Numbered from the stretch's first letter, positions 29,824 to 37,998 are shown. The stretch: 59,775 bases of DNA from Candidatus Methylomirabilia bacterium (GCA_041496385.1 JBGQEL010000018.1:1-59775); one strand, 5' to 3'. Notes: a model not told the origin generated them from the letters alone. Program-made: numbers and translations.

Positions 29824-30450
29824 TCATGCCGGGAGGGCGCCCGCGGCGCGGCGACGGCGCGTGAACCGCACGACCGCGTGGCCGAGCCGCACGCCGAGCA
29901 GGAGGGCCAGCGTGGCCGCGTACCAGTACTGCTCGACGCGGCCGACCTTCGCGAGCCACAGGAAGTGGGCACAACCCAACGCCCCGGCGAGGTAGGCGAC
30001 GCGGTGCAGGCGCGTCCACCGCCGGGCTCCAAGGCGCTTGATCCAGCCGCTCGTGGACGTCAGGGCCAGCGGGAGCAAGGAGACCAGCCCGAGCATGCCG
30101 AGCGTGATGTACGGGCGCTTGAGAACGTCGGCCCACATGCGTGGCCAATCGAAGAAGAAGTCGAGAACGATCCACACCGAAAAGTGCAGGCACACGTAAA
30201 AGAATGCAAAAAGACCGAGCAGCCGTCGCAGCGTGATGGGCCACGAGAGACCGAAGAGGATCCTGAGGGGTGTCATGGCGAGCGACGCGAGGAGTATCCG
30301 GAGTGTCCAGTCACCGAGCGTCGTGGTGATGAAGCTGATCGGGTTCGCGGTGAGATCGTCGGCCGCGAACCAGTTCAGGAGCATCGCGACCGGGGTCAGG
30401 CACCCGACCCACACCGCGACCTTGAGCAGGATGCGCGAGCGGCGGGACAC
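29824..30450 (-). CDS. msrQ: Methionine sulfoxide reductase heme-binding membrane subunit
   Basis: RRLLGL.AFFY..LH, KRPYIT.G, PLALTS, W.RLHR..Y; adjacent to msrP. Confidence 0.92.
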   Translation of the reverse strand: MSRRSRILLKVAVWVGCLTPVAMLLNWFAADDLTANPISFITTTLGDWTLRILLASLAMTPLRILFGLSWPITLRRLLGLFAFFYVCLHFSVWIVLDFFFDWPRMWADVLKRPYITLGMLGLVSLLPLALTSTSGWIKRLGARRWTRLHRVAYLAGALGCAHFLWLAKVGRVEQYWYAATLALLLGVRLGHAVVRFTRRRRAAGALPA

Positions 30451-30455
30451 GGCCG

Positions 30456-31412
30456 CTAGTAGTTCTTCTTGAGGTCCATGGCCGCGTAGAGCGCCGCGAC
30501 CTGCTCGGCGTAGCCGTTGAACATGAGCGTCGGGCGGCGGCGAAACTCGCCGATCCGCCGTTCGTCCGCCTGGCTCCAGCGCGGGTGACTCACCTGCGGG
30601 TTCACGTTGGAGTAGAACCCGTACTCATTCGGCGCCGCCTTGTTCCACGCGGTCTTGGGCTCGTCGGCAACGAGGCGGATCCGCACGATGGATTTGGCGC
30701 TCTTGAACCCGTACTTCCACGGCACGACGACACGCAGTGGCGCTCCGTTTTGGTTTGGGAGCACCTGGCCGTACATGCCGACCGTGAGGAGCGTGAGTGG
30801 ATGCAGAGCCTCGTCCAGGCGCAGGCCCTCCACATACGGCCAGTCGAGCGACGAGAAGCCGAAGAAGCCCGGCCTCTGCGCGGGGAACTGGTTCGGGTCG
30901 AGCAGCGTCGTGAACTCGACGTACTTCGCCTGGCCGGTCGGTTCCACGCGCTTTAGAAGCGATGCCAGCGGAAAGCCGATCCACGGGAGTACCATGGACC
31001 AAGCCTCGACGCAGCGCAGGGAGTAGACGCGCTCCTCGAGGGGAAACAGACGGATCAACTCGTCCACGTCGTAGCTCCTGGGCTTGTGCACGAGGCCATC
31101 AACCTGCACGACCCAGGGCCGCGGCCGGAGCGTGTGCGCGAGCCGCGCCGGGTCTTCTTTGTTGACGCCGAATTCGTAGAAGTTGTTATAGGTGGTCGCC
31201 GCCTCGACCTTGGTCGGCGGCTCCTTGAGGCTGAGCGCGTCGTTGCGGGCCGTCTTGAGCGGCTGCCCCTGGGGCACGTTCGCCGCCGCAGCCTCACCCG
31301 GCGTGAGCGCCAGCGCCGCTGCCGCGCCGGCGATCCACTCGCGGCGGCTCAGGTAGAGCGCCTCGTCGGTGATGTCGTTGGACGTGAACCGCTCCGCGCG
31401 ACGGATCAGCAT
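30456..31412 (-). CDS. msrP: Periplasmic molybdoenzyme protein-methionine-sulfoxide reductase
   Basis: Tat-like [55 protein letters not shown]. Confidence 0.95.
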   Translation of the reverse strand: MLIRRAERFTSNDITDEALYLSRREWIAGAAAALALTPGEAAAANVPQGQPLKTARNDALSLKEPPTKVEAATTYNNFYEFGVNKEDPARLAHTLRPRPWVVQVDGLVHKPRSYDVDELIRLFPLEERVYSLRCVEAWSMVLPWIGFPLASLLKRVEPTGQAKYVEFTTLLDPNQFPAQRPGFFGFSSLDWPYVEGLRLDEALHPLTLLTVGMYGQVLPNQNGAPLRVVVPWKYGFKSAKSIVRIRLVADEPKTAWNKAAPNEYGFYSNVNPQVSHPRWSQADERRIGEFRRRPTLMFNGYAEQVAALYAAMDLKKNY

Positions 31413-31608
31413 ATGCCACTCGCCTCCTTCGTCACCCTCAGGATCTCACAGGGCCGCAAACTTGTAACCCTGCCATTGCACCGACAGGATCCGTGCGGGG
31501 CGGTCGGGATCCGCCTCGCCTGCTCTCGAACGAGCTGTTCTGGCAGGCGCCACGATCGCAGCGAAAAGGGAGATCGAGTCCGCGTCGATGATGAGGGCGC
31601 GCCGCTCG

Positions 31609-32136
31609 TCAGCCCCGCTCACCGAGCAGGCGCTGGATCGTGGCTTCGGTGTCATCATATTCGCCCTCGCCGATATGGCGGTATCGGGCGATCCCCTTGC
31701 GGTCCACGAGAACCAGCGTCGGCCACGCCCTGACACCGAACCGGTTCCAGATCACGAAGTCGTTGTCCTGGACGACGGGATATCTCACACCAAGCCGCTT
31801 CGTCGCGTCCACCACCTTCTCGTACGACTTCTCCCAGAAGAACTCGGGGCTGTGGACCCCGATGACGGTGAGACCCGCGGCCGAGTACCGCTCACGCCAG
31901 GCCCGCAACTGCGGGATCACGTTGCGACAATTGATTCAGCCGTACGTCCAGAAGTCGACGAGAACGACGCGACCTCGAAGCCCTTGGAGGGTAAGGGGCT
32001 GGCTGTTGATCCATTGCTCCCCTGCCACTTCAGGCGCGGGTCCGCCCAGCCGGAGCGCCTGCCCGGCAACAACCGCAGCGTCGAGCGCTCCGAGCGCCGC
32101 AACCAAGAAGACGGCGACACTCCAGCGACGAAGCAC
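31609..32136 (-). CDS. Exported thioredoxin-like (TlpA/DipZ-type) redoxin with in-frame TGA, probable selenocysteine (UxxC)
   Basis: ORFs 31936..32136 and 31609..31920 are one frame: signal peptide..VVLVDFWTYG-TGA-INC-RNVIP..VIGVHSPEF..AWPT.VLVD..HIGEG.Y. The TGA occupies the first Cys position of CxxC. Confidence 0.85.
31902..31915 (-). promoter_or_regulatory. Candidate bacterial SECIS hairpin
   Basis: CCCGC-AGTT-GCGGG starts 20 nt after the UGA, with G at loop position 2. Confidence 0.55.
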
Positions 32137-32284
32137 GGCTATGGCTTGTTCTCCATTGGCTTGTCGTCCTTACGGGAAGCGAATCGTCACGGCGCTCGCC
32201 GCCGAGGCGGGGAGGCCAGTCAAACTGTCGTGCGGCCCCTGAGCTCCGGCGCGCTCAGGGGCCCGCCACCGATCCTCGCGGTGA

Positions 32285-32551
32285 CTACTTCTTGTCCGCT
32301 TCTTTCTTGTCGCCCATCTTCTCCATCTTCTCCATCTTGCCCTTCTTTTCTATCTTCTCCATCTTGCCTTTCTTTTCCATCTTCTCCATCTTCTCGGCCT
32401 TCTTCTCCATCTTTTCTGGCTTCTTCATGTCCTTCTTCATGTCGTCTTTCTTCTCCCCTTGCGCCTGTGCGTAGGGGACGCCGACGACACTCACGAACCC
32501 GAAGGACACCGCCACGATCGCAATCAGCATCACCGTCATCAGCTTCCGCAT
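32285..32551 (-). CDS. Secreted Met/Lys/Glu-rich repeat peptide (MrpX / MXKDX-repeat-like)
   Basis: SD AAGGAGG, signal peptide ending AQA, mature part of MEK/KKGK repeats containing 9 Met. Confidence 0.8.
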   Translation of the reverse strand: MRKLMTVMLIAIVAVSFGFVSVVGVPYAQAQGEKKDDMKKDMKKPEKMEKKAEKMEKMEKKGKMEKIEKKGKMEKMEKMGDKKEADKK

Positions 32552-32578
32552 GCCTGCCTCCTTGAAGGAATTGGAGCT

Positions 32579-32608
32579 GCCCGTATCTCTGCTGCCTATT
32601 ATACGGGC
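32579..32608 (-). promoter_or_regulatory. TATAAT -10 overlapped by an 8-bp inverted repeat (putative operator) upstream of the Met-rich peptide
   Basis: GCCCGTAT-N14-ATACGGGC; TATAAT on the minus strand overlaps the distal arm. Confidence 0.5.
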
Positions 32609-32674
32609 CGCATCGGCATCCCGAGCGTGGAACTAGCCTGCCGGGGCGCGCTCCGGGGCGATCGGCGGGCGTCG

Positions 32675-32959
32675 TCACGGCCGGCGGAAGGCGATTCCCA
32701 CGAACTCCTGAAAGCGATCTTCGAGCTCCGCGGCAACCGCGTCGGCGACCTCCTCGGCGGTGCCCGGCCGCTCCACGGCCCGACTCCGGGTCCACTCGGC
32801 CAGGTACGCCTCGGATTCCTGGAGACCGAGCTGCATGGCGATCGAGTCGATCAGGGCCTGGAACCGCTCCGATAGCTGACGCGTGACAGGGCCCGCGCCG
32901 TCGCGCGCCTCGACGATCGTGGGGATCTCCCGCCATGCGATGATTTCGTACGCGGCCAT
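32675..32959 (-). CDS. Small 'virulence factor' domain protein (Virulence_fact-like)
   Basis: WREIP..V......L.ERF..LID.IAM..G......YL.EW signature; ATG 32959. Confidence 0.75.
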   Translation of the reverse strand: MAAYEIIAWREIPTIVEARDGAGPVTRQLSERFQALIDSIAMQLGLQESEAYLAEWTRSRAVERPGTAEEVADAVAAELEDRFQEFVGIAFRRP

Positions 32960-32963
32960 GCCG

Positions 32964-33278
32964 TCAGCGACCGCCCATGAACTGGCCGAGCAGCGTGATG
33001 CGATCGCCCGGTCGGAGGGACGAGTCGAGCGCGTGAGCGATGCCGAGTACCGCATCGTTCACGAGGACTTCGACGTGCTCGCCGAGCTCCCCACCGTGCC
33101 AGAGCGCGGCCTCGAGATCGGGATAGCGAGCCGAGAACTGCCGGAGGACGCTGCGGACCGTGGCGCCCGCGGGCGCCACCTCGTCGAAGATCCGCCGTCC
33201 CGTGCCGTCGCCGCCGATGAACTTCGTGACCCACGAGCTCACCTCGACGGGGATCGTCAAGGCGGGCGCGTCGGCCAT
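32964..33278 (-). CDS. MoaD/ThiS-family ubiquitin-like sulfur carrier
   Basis: TVR.VL..F...YP.L, VLVND, L..GDRI.LL...GG followed by a C-terminal Arg. Confidence 0.78.
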   Translation of the reverse strand: MADAPALTIPVEVSSWVTKFIGGDGTGRRIFDEVAPAGATVRSVLRQFSARYPDLEAALWHGGELGEHVEVLVNDAVLGIAHALDSSLRPGDRITLLGQFMGGR

Positions 33279-33289
33279 GGCGGACCTCA

Positions 33290-33589
33290 CTAGCAGCAGG
33301 CAGTGAGCAGCCGGACCAGCTCCGAGACCGTGTCGGAGTGGGCGGAGTAGTAGACGAAGCGCTCCTCCTTCCGGCTCTGAACGAGCCCCGCCCGCCTCAG
33401 CACGTCGAGGTGATGGGAGAGGGTTGGCCCCGGGATTTCGAGCTCGCCCTGGATCTCCCCGGCCGGCACCTCCCGCCCCTGGCGGACGAGAAAGAAGAAG
33501 ATCTGGAGTCGGGAGAGGTGGGCGAGGGCCTTAAAGGCCTCCGCGTGATCCTCTCGGGCCTGGAGCCTGGCGAGAGGCAGTGCCTTCAT
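33290..33589 (-). CDS. ArsR/SmtB family repressor with C-terminal vicinal Cys pair
   Basis: FKALAH.SRL.I, TLSHHL..L..AGLV, V.Y; ends LLTACC. Confidence 0.9.
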   Translation of the reverse strand: MKALPLARLQAREDHAEAFKALAHLSRLQIFFFLVRQGREVPAGEIQGELEIPGPTLSHHLDVLRRAGLVQSRKEERFVYYSAHSDTVSELVRLLTACC

Positions 33590-33625
33590 ATTTTCAAATT
33601 TATGAAACTATTGCGCCGCTGTCAA
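33590..33625 (-). promoter_or_regulatory. Sigma70 promoter (leaderless arsR) with overlapping palindromic operator
   Basis: TTGACA-17-TAAATT-7 nt-ATG; TTTCA-N6-TGAAA at 33592-33607 spans the -10. Confidence 0.75.
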
Positions 33626-34230
33626 CTCCGCGGCCGCGCTGGCTCGGAGAGGAACTCGTCACGCTTGGTCCTGAGACGCCGGACGAGCTCCTCGAACGAG
33701 GTGGTGCGCACGATCTTGTCGAACTGGGCGCGGTAGTTGGCGATGAGGCTCACGTTCTCGATCAGGACGTCGTAGACGAGCCAGCGATCACCGTGCCGGA
33801 GTAATCGCGACTCGACCGGAACTTCCGAGCCCTTCCTGGTCAGCACCTTCGCGCGGACGACCGCGTGGTCCCCGTCCACCGTCTCGCTCACGTACTGGAT
33901 CCGCTCGCCGCCGTACTGGTCGATCCGCGCGATGTAGGTGCGCTCGAGGAGGTCGGCGAAGAGCTGGGTGAACTCCTCGCGCTCGGCGGCGGTGCGTCCC
34001 TGCCAGTGCCGGGCGAGCGCGCGCTTGGCCGTCTCGCCGACGTCGAAGATCTGGTTGGCGATGCGCCGGACGGCGGCGCGGCGGTCCTGGACGCGGAGCG
34101 CGGGATCTTCGAGCACCTTGATGACCTGATCGCCGTATTCGCGTAGCTGGTCGGTCGGTGCGCCGGCAGCGGCGGGCGCCGCAAGCACGAGGAGGAGCAC
34201 GGGCACCACGAGAAGCCGATTTGCTTTCAT
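33622..34230 (-). CDS. mlaC: MlaC/Ttg2D periplasmic phospholipid-binding protein
   Basis: FD.....RAL.RHW, F..LF..LL.RTY, W.VYDV.IE.VSL..NYR.QF. ATG 34230. Confidence 0.88.
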   Translation of the reverse strand: MKANRLLVVPVLLLVLAAPAAAGAPTDQLREYGDQVIKVLEDPALRVQDRRAAVRRIANQIFDVGETAKRALARHWQGRTAAEREEFTQLFADLLERTYIARIDQYGGERIQYVSETVDGDHAVVRAKVLTRKGSEVPVESRLLRHGDRWLVYDVLIENVSLIANYRAQFDKIVRTTSFEELVRRLRTKRDEFLSEPARPRS

Positions 34231-34271
34231 ATGAATTCGAGTATAACGGCTCGCATGAGGGCTCGCCACTT

Positions 34272-34750
34272 TTGACCACCGAGCCGAGTGCGCCCACCAA
34301 CCTCGAGGGCGGGGTCGCGCTTGTCACGGGTGCGGGCCGCGGCATCGGCCAGGCTGTCGCGCGCACCGCGGCCGCGCTGGGCCGGCCCGACGTCCTGGTC
34401 AACAACGCCGGAGTCGGCGAGCGGCACGGGCGCGAGGACCTCGACGAGGCGCCCCTCCAGCGCGAGCTCGACGTGATCCTCAAGGATACGGTCCTCGTGA
34501 GCCAGGCGGCGTGCCCGCACCTCTAAGCGTCAGGGTGGCGCGATCGTCAACATCGCCTCGGTGTCGGGGACGGCGGGTGGCGCGGGCTCGCGCCCGGAGG
34601 ACGCCTCGGCCACGCGCGGAGGCCGGACCGGTCCCGTCTACGCGGCGGCGAAGGGCGGCGTCATTGCGTTCACGCGCTAACTGGCGAAGGACACGTCCAG
34701 CTTCGTGACGGGCCAGGTGCTCTCGGTCGACGGCGGCGTTGTGCTCGACG
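34272..34750 (+). pseudogene. Decayed SDR (FabG-like) gene
   Basis: ALVTGAGRGIG joined directly to DVLVNNAG (deletion); frameshift/TAA at 34524; GAIVNIAS; YAAAK; TAA at 34678; then SFVTGQVLSVDGG after a second deletion. Confidence 0.85.
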
Positions 34751-34767
34751 AGCCAAGGAGGCTTCCC

Positions 34768-35655
34768 ATACCCATCACGGCGACCGATCCCCACCCGCGC
34801 CGGAGGATCCGCGTCCTCGACACCGAGCTCGCCTACGTGGACACCGGTGCGGGCGATCCGGTCGTCTTCGTCCACGGCAATCCGACCTCCTCGTACCTCT
34901 GGCGGAACGTGATCCCCCACGTGGCCCCCGTCGCCCGGTGCCTCGCACCCGATCTCGTCGGGATGGGAGACTCCGGCCCGGCGCCGAACGGCTCCTATCG
35001 ATTCGTGGATCACGCCCGTTACCTAGACGCGTGGTTCGAGAACCTCGGGCTCGATCGGCGCGTGACGCTCGTGCTCCACGACTGGGGCTCCGCGCTCGGC
35101 TTCCACTGGGCGCGCCGCCACCCGGAGCGTGTGCGCGGGATCGCGTACATGGAAGCGCTCGTCGCACCCGTGACCTGGCAGGACTGGCCCGAGGCGGCGC
35201 GAAAGATCTTCCAGGCCATGCGCTCGTCCGCGGGTGAGGAAATGGTGCTCGACAAGAACGTCTTCGTCGAACGGATCCTGCCGGCGAGCGTTCTGCGCGG
35301 CCTCACGCCCGGGGAAATGGAACGCTACCGGGCGCCGTACCGCGAGGCCGGGGAGTCACGGCGACCGACCCTCACCTGGCCGAGGCAGATCCCGGTGGAG
35401 GGTGAGCCGGCCGACGTCGTCGCGATCGTCAACGCGTATGGCGCGTGGCTGGCGACGAGCGACGTGCCGAAGCTCTTCGTCAACGCCGATCCGGGGTCGA
35501 TCCTTGTCGGTCCTCAGCGCGAGATCTGCCGGTCGTGGCCGAATCAGCGAGAGCTCACGGTGAAGGGCATACATTTCATCCAGGAGGACTCGCCCGACGA
35601 GATCGGCCGCGCGGTGGCGGACTTCGCGCGGCGGCTCAGCGCAGGCGCTCGATAG
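34768..35655 (+). CDS. dhaA: Haloalkane dehalogenase (HLD-II; DhaA/LinB-like)
   Basis: HGNPTSSYLWRN, APDL.GMG.S, LHDWGSALG, N.FVE..LP, R.PTL.WPR, HFIQEDSP. The codon at the SD-defined start position is ATA; the alternative is in-frame GTG 34705. Confidence 0.88.
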   Translation: MPITATDPHPRRRIRVLDTELAYVDTGAGDPVVFVHGNPTSSYLWRNVIPHVAPVARCLAPDLVGMGDSGPAPNGSYRFVDHARYLDAWFENLGLDRRVTLVLHDWGSALGFHWARRHPERVRGIAYMEALVAPVTWQDWPEAARKIFQAMRSSAGEEMVLDKNVFVERILPASVLRGLTPGEMERYRAPYREAGESRRPTLTWPRQIPVEGEPADVVAIVNAYGAWLATSDVPKLFVNADPGSILVGPQREICRSWPNQRELTVKGIHFIQEDSPDEIGRAVADFARRLSAGAR

Positions 35656-35965
35656 CCACGACGAGGAGCGCGCCCGGGGTGTCCCGGAGAGCGAACGCGA
35701 TGCGGTCGCCGGCGCGCAGGCCCTGGAAGAGCTCGGTGGACGCCGCGATGAACGGCATGTCCATCGTCTCCTCCATCAAGCCGTGGATCGGCTCGTGGTG
35801 GATGATGATCACGGGGCGCGTGGCGTGGAGGCTCGAGGGCGGCGGCAGCACGGCGACCACGGTGCCCCGGCCGCGCCAGTCGGGCTTCGCAGCCTGGGAC
35901 ACCGCCGGCCCCGCGTGCAGTAGCGAGACGAGGAGCCCCGCGACGACGAGCACGACGTGGCGCAT
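35636..35965 (-). CDS. CusF-like periplasmic copper-binding protein
   Basis: Signal peptide, G.G.VV.V, IHHEPI.GLM..M.MPF, GL..GDRI.F. TACAAT lies 5 nt before the ATG. Confidence 0.8.
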   Translation of the reverse strand: MRHVVLVVAGLLVSLLHAGPAVSQAAKPDWRGRGTVVAVLPPPSSLHATRPVIIIHHEPIHGLMEETMDMPFIAASTELFQGLRAGDRIAFALRDTPGALLVVAIERLR

Positions 35966-36023
35966 ACCCCATTGTAAGCAGGGGAGCGCGCCATGGCGCT
36001 TCCAGAACCCTTGGGGCTCGCGG

Positions 36024-36659
36024 TCAGTCCGACGCGACCATCAGGCGGACGGTCACCCGGCGTTTCTGCGCGTCGGACAAGCCCCCGTCGAGAATCGGGC
36101 CGAGACCGACGAGGTTGATCCGCGGCAACTCCACACCCTTCTCGACCAGGTGGCGGCGGACCGCCTCGACGCGCCGCTGGCTCAGCGCCACGTTGTAGTC
36201 GAAGGTCCCCTTGGGGTCGGCGTACCCCGCGAGGTCCACCGTGAGCTTCTGATTCTCGCGCAGCTCCTTCACGAGCGAGGCGAGCGACGTCTGGGCCGCG
36301 TCGGTGAGGTCCCACTTGTCGAACCCGAACTTCACCTCGAGGGTTTCGACGAGGTCACGTTTCTGCCGATTCGACCAGAGCCGGCTGAGCCGCTGGTCCA
36401 CGTCCTCGGCCCGTGAGCTCGCAGCGTCGGCGCGCTCGCGCGCGCCACGGGCGACCTGCGTGGTCTCGCCCAGTCCGGTTTCGACGGTCTTGAGCTGGAA
36501 GCCCATGCCCTCCACGCGCTGGTTCTGCTCGCCGAGCTTCTGGTCGAACTCCACTTCCTTCTTCCCCATCAGCTCCCGCACCCAGTCGCGGGTCGCGCAC
36601 CCAGCCGCGAGCAGCGTGACCATCGACAGCAGCACCGCCCCTTCCACAATGCGTCGCAT
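36024..36659 (-). CDS. OmpA-family peptidoglycan-binding lipoprotein with coiled coil
   Basis: Lipobox AAGC, F.FDK..L, GYAD..G...YN..LSQRR...V...L, RRV.V. Confidence 0.9.
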   Translation of the reverse strand: MRRIVEGAVLLSMVTLLAAGCATRDWVRELMGKKEVEFDQKLGEQNQRVEGMGFQLKTVETGLGETTQVARGARERADAASSRAEDVDQRLSRLWSNRQKRDLVETLEVKFGFDKWDLTDAAQTSLASLVKELRENQKLTVDLAGYADPKGTFDYNVALSQRRVEAVRRHLVEKGVELPRINLVGLGPILDGGLSDAQKRRVTVRLMVASD

Positions 36660-36731
36660 GCCCATCCTCCTTTCGAACCTGCACGCACAGCTCGAATCCG
36701 AGCGCAGAGCCCTACGGTCCAGCGAATGGAA

Positions 36732-36747
36732 TGCAACGGACCGGCCA
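36732..36747 (-). promoter_or_regulatory. Sigma54 promoter for the OmpA-family gene
   Basis: TGGCCGGTCCGTTGCA, GG-N10-GC. Confidence 0.65.
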
Positions 36748-36845
36748 GGCACGAACGTGGCTGATTTTTCAGGCGAAGCGCTCGCAGGGGGACCGCCCGG
36801 AGTGTCACGCAAGAGAACGCGCCGAGTCAGCCGGCTGACGCCGAC

Positions 36846-37331
36846 TCAGTTGAAGCGGGCGCGGAGCGAGTGAAGCGACTTGCGAAGTTCCACGTCGTCG
36901 GGGGCAAGGCGCACTGCGGCCTCGAATTCGTGGAGCGCGTCCCACCAGCGCCCCTGCCGGACGTAGATCCGGCCGAGGTTCATGTACGGAAACTGGCGGG
37001 GCTCGTACCGGGGAGCGCGCTTGGCCCGCTCGAGCCACGGGATCGCCTCGTCCAGCTTGTCCTGCTGCATGAGATAGCAGCCGATGTCGTTGTAGGGGTT
37101 GCCGAAGTCGGGGTCCACCTCGATGGCCTTGAGGCACTCCTGTGTGGCTTCGTCGAGCCGGCCTTGGAAGCTCAGGGTCCAGCCAAGGAAGGTATGGGCC
37201 TCAGCCGTCGGACACAGCTCGATCGAGCGGCGGTAGAGCTCGACCGCCCGGTCGAGGTCGCCCTGCATCTGGTGGCGGTAGGCCTCCCGCCAGAGCTCGG
37301 TCGCCCGCCCGGAACGCTCGTCGCCTGCCAT
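36846..37331 (-). CDS. Tetratricopeptide repeat protein
   Basis: Repeated TPR-like units (AH..LG, PYNDIG, PYMNLG). Confidence 0.85.
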   Translation of the reverse strand: MAGDERSGRATELWREAYRHQMQGDLDRAVELYRRSIELCPTAEAHTFLGWTLSFQGRLDEATQECLKAIEVDPDFGNPYNDIGCYLMQQDKLDEAIPWLERAKRAPRYEPRQFPYMNLGRIYVRQGRWWDALHEFEAAVRLAPDDVELRKSLHSLRARFN

Positions 37332-37335
37332 CGAC

Positions 37336-37998
37336 TCAGACCGGCCAGGCCTCGCGGCGCCAGCCCATCTCCCAGAACATCCACTCGTATCGGCTCGTGG
37401 TGACGAAGTGCCGCCTCATCGCCTGCCGCTCGGCGGCGGAGAGGCGTTCGGCGACGCGGTCGGTCGCGTCGATGACCGCGCGCACCACGTCGCCGAACTC
37501 CCCCGAGGCGTAGGTGCCGATCCAGCGCGCGTAGAGAGGATCGGGCGAGCCGGTGCGTTCGAGCGCCCGGCCGACCTCCCAGTAGATCCAGTAGCACGGG
37601 AGCACCGCCGCCACCGTCTCGTGCCAGGGGGCCCCGTGCGCGACGGCGAGGAGGTAGCTCGTGTACGCGAGGTTGGCAGGGGCCAGGGGCGTCGCGGCGA
37701 CGGCCTCGGGGGTGAGCCCCCACTCGACGAAGAAGCTCTCGTGGAGCACACGCTCCACCTTCAAGGCGCCAGCGGCGTGCTCGTTGAACATGATGATCCA
37801 CTCGTCCGCGGGCGCTCGCGCCGCCGCGAGCGAGAGCGCGCGGGCGAAATCGCGCAGGTAGAGCGCATCCTGCACCGCGTAGAAGCGGAAGGCTTCGCCC
37901 GGGAGCGAACCGTCGCTGAGGCCCCGCACGAAGGGGTGGCGGACGATCGCCGCCCATATCGGCTCGATCGCCTCCCAGAGCTCGGCGGCGAAGGCCAC
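37336..37998 (-). CDS. tenA: Thiaminase II / aminopyrimidine aminohydrolase
   Basis: HPFV..L.DG.L, QD.LYL, YT.YLL, active-site LPC.W.Y, WI.TY, E..FW. Confidence 0.92.
   Translation of the reverse strand: MAFAAELWEAIEPIWAAIVRHPFVRGLSDGSLPGEAFRFYAVQDALYLRDFARALSLAAARAPADEWIIMFNEHAAGALKVERVLHESFFVEWGLTPEAVAATPLAPANLAYTSYLLAVAHGAPWHETVAAVLPCYWIYWEVGRALERTGSPDPLYARWIGTYASGEFGDVVRAVIDATDRVAERLSAAERQAMRRHFVTTSRYEWMFWEMGWRREAWPV

Noticed and set aside
31413..31608. ECF (SigF-type) promoter or sRNA upstream of msrP; ORF 31446..31736
   Set aside because: The GTAACC word is on the wrong strand for msrP, I found no convincing structure, and the ORF has no SD or motif support.
31609..31920. Treating 31609..31920 and 31936..32136 as two small genes or as a pseudogene
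   Set aside because: They share one frame, there is no other lesion, the stop is TGA exactly at the catalytic Cys position, and a SECIS-like hairpin follows. Recoding is the simpler explanation, though unproven.
32300..32455. Tandem ATGGAGAAG-type DNA repeats as a CRISPR array or non-coding repeat
   Set aside because: Repeat units are multiples of 3 with synonymous variation and no unique spacers. They encode the MEK repeats of the secreted peptide.
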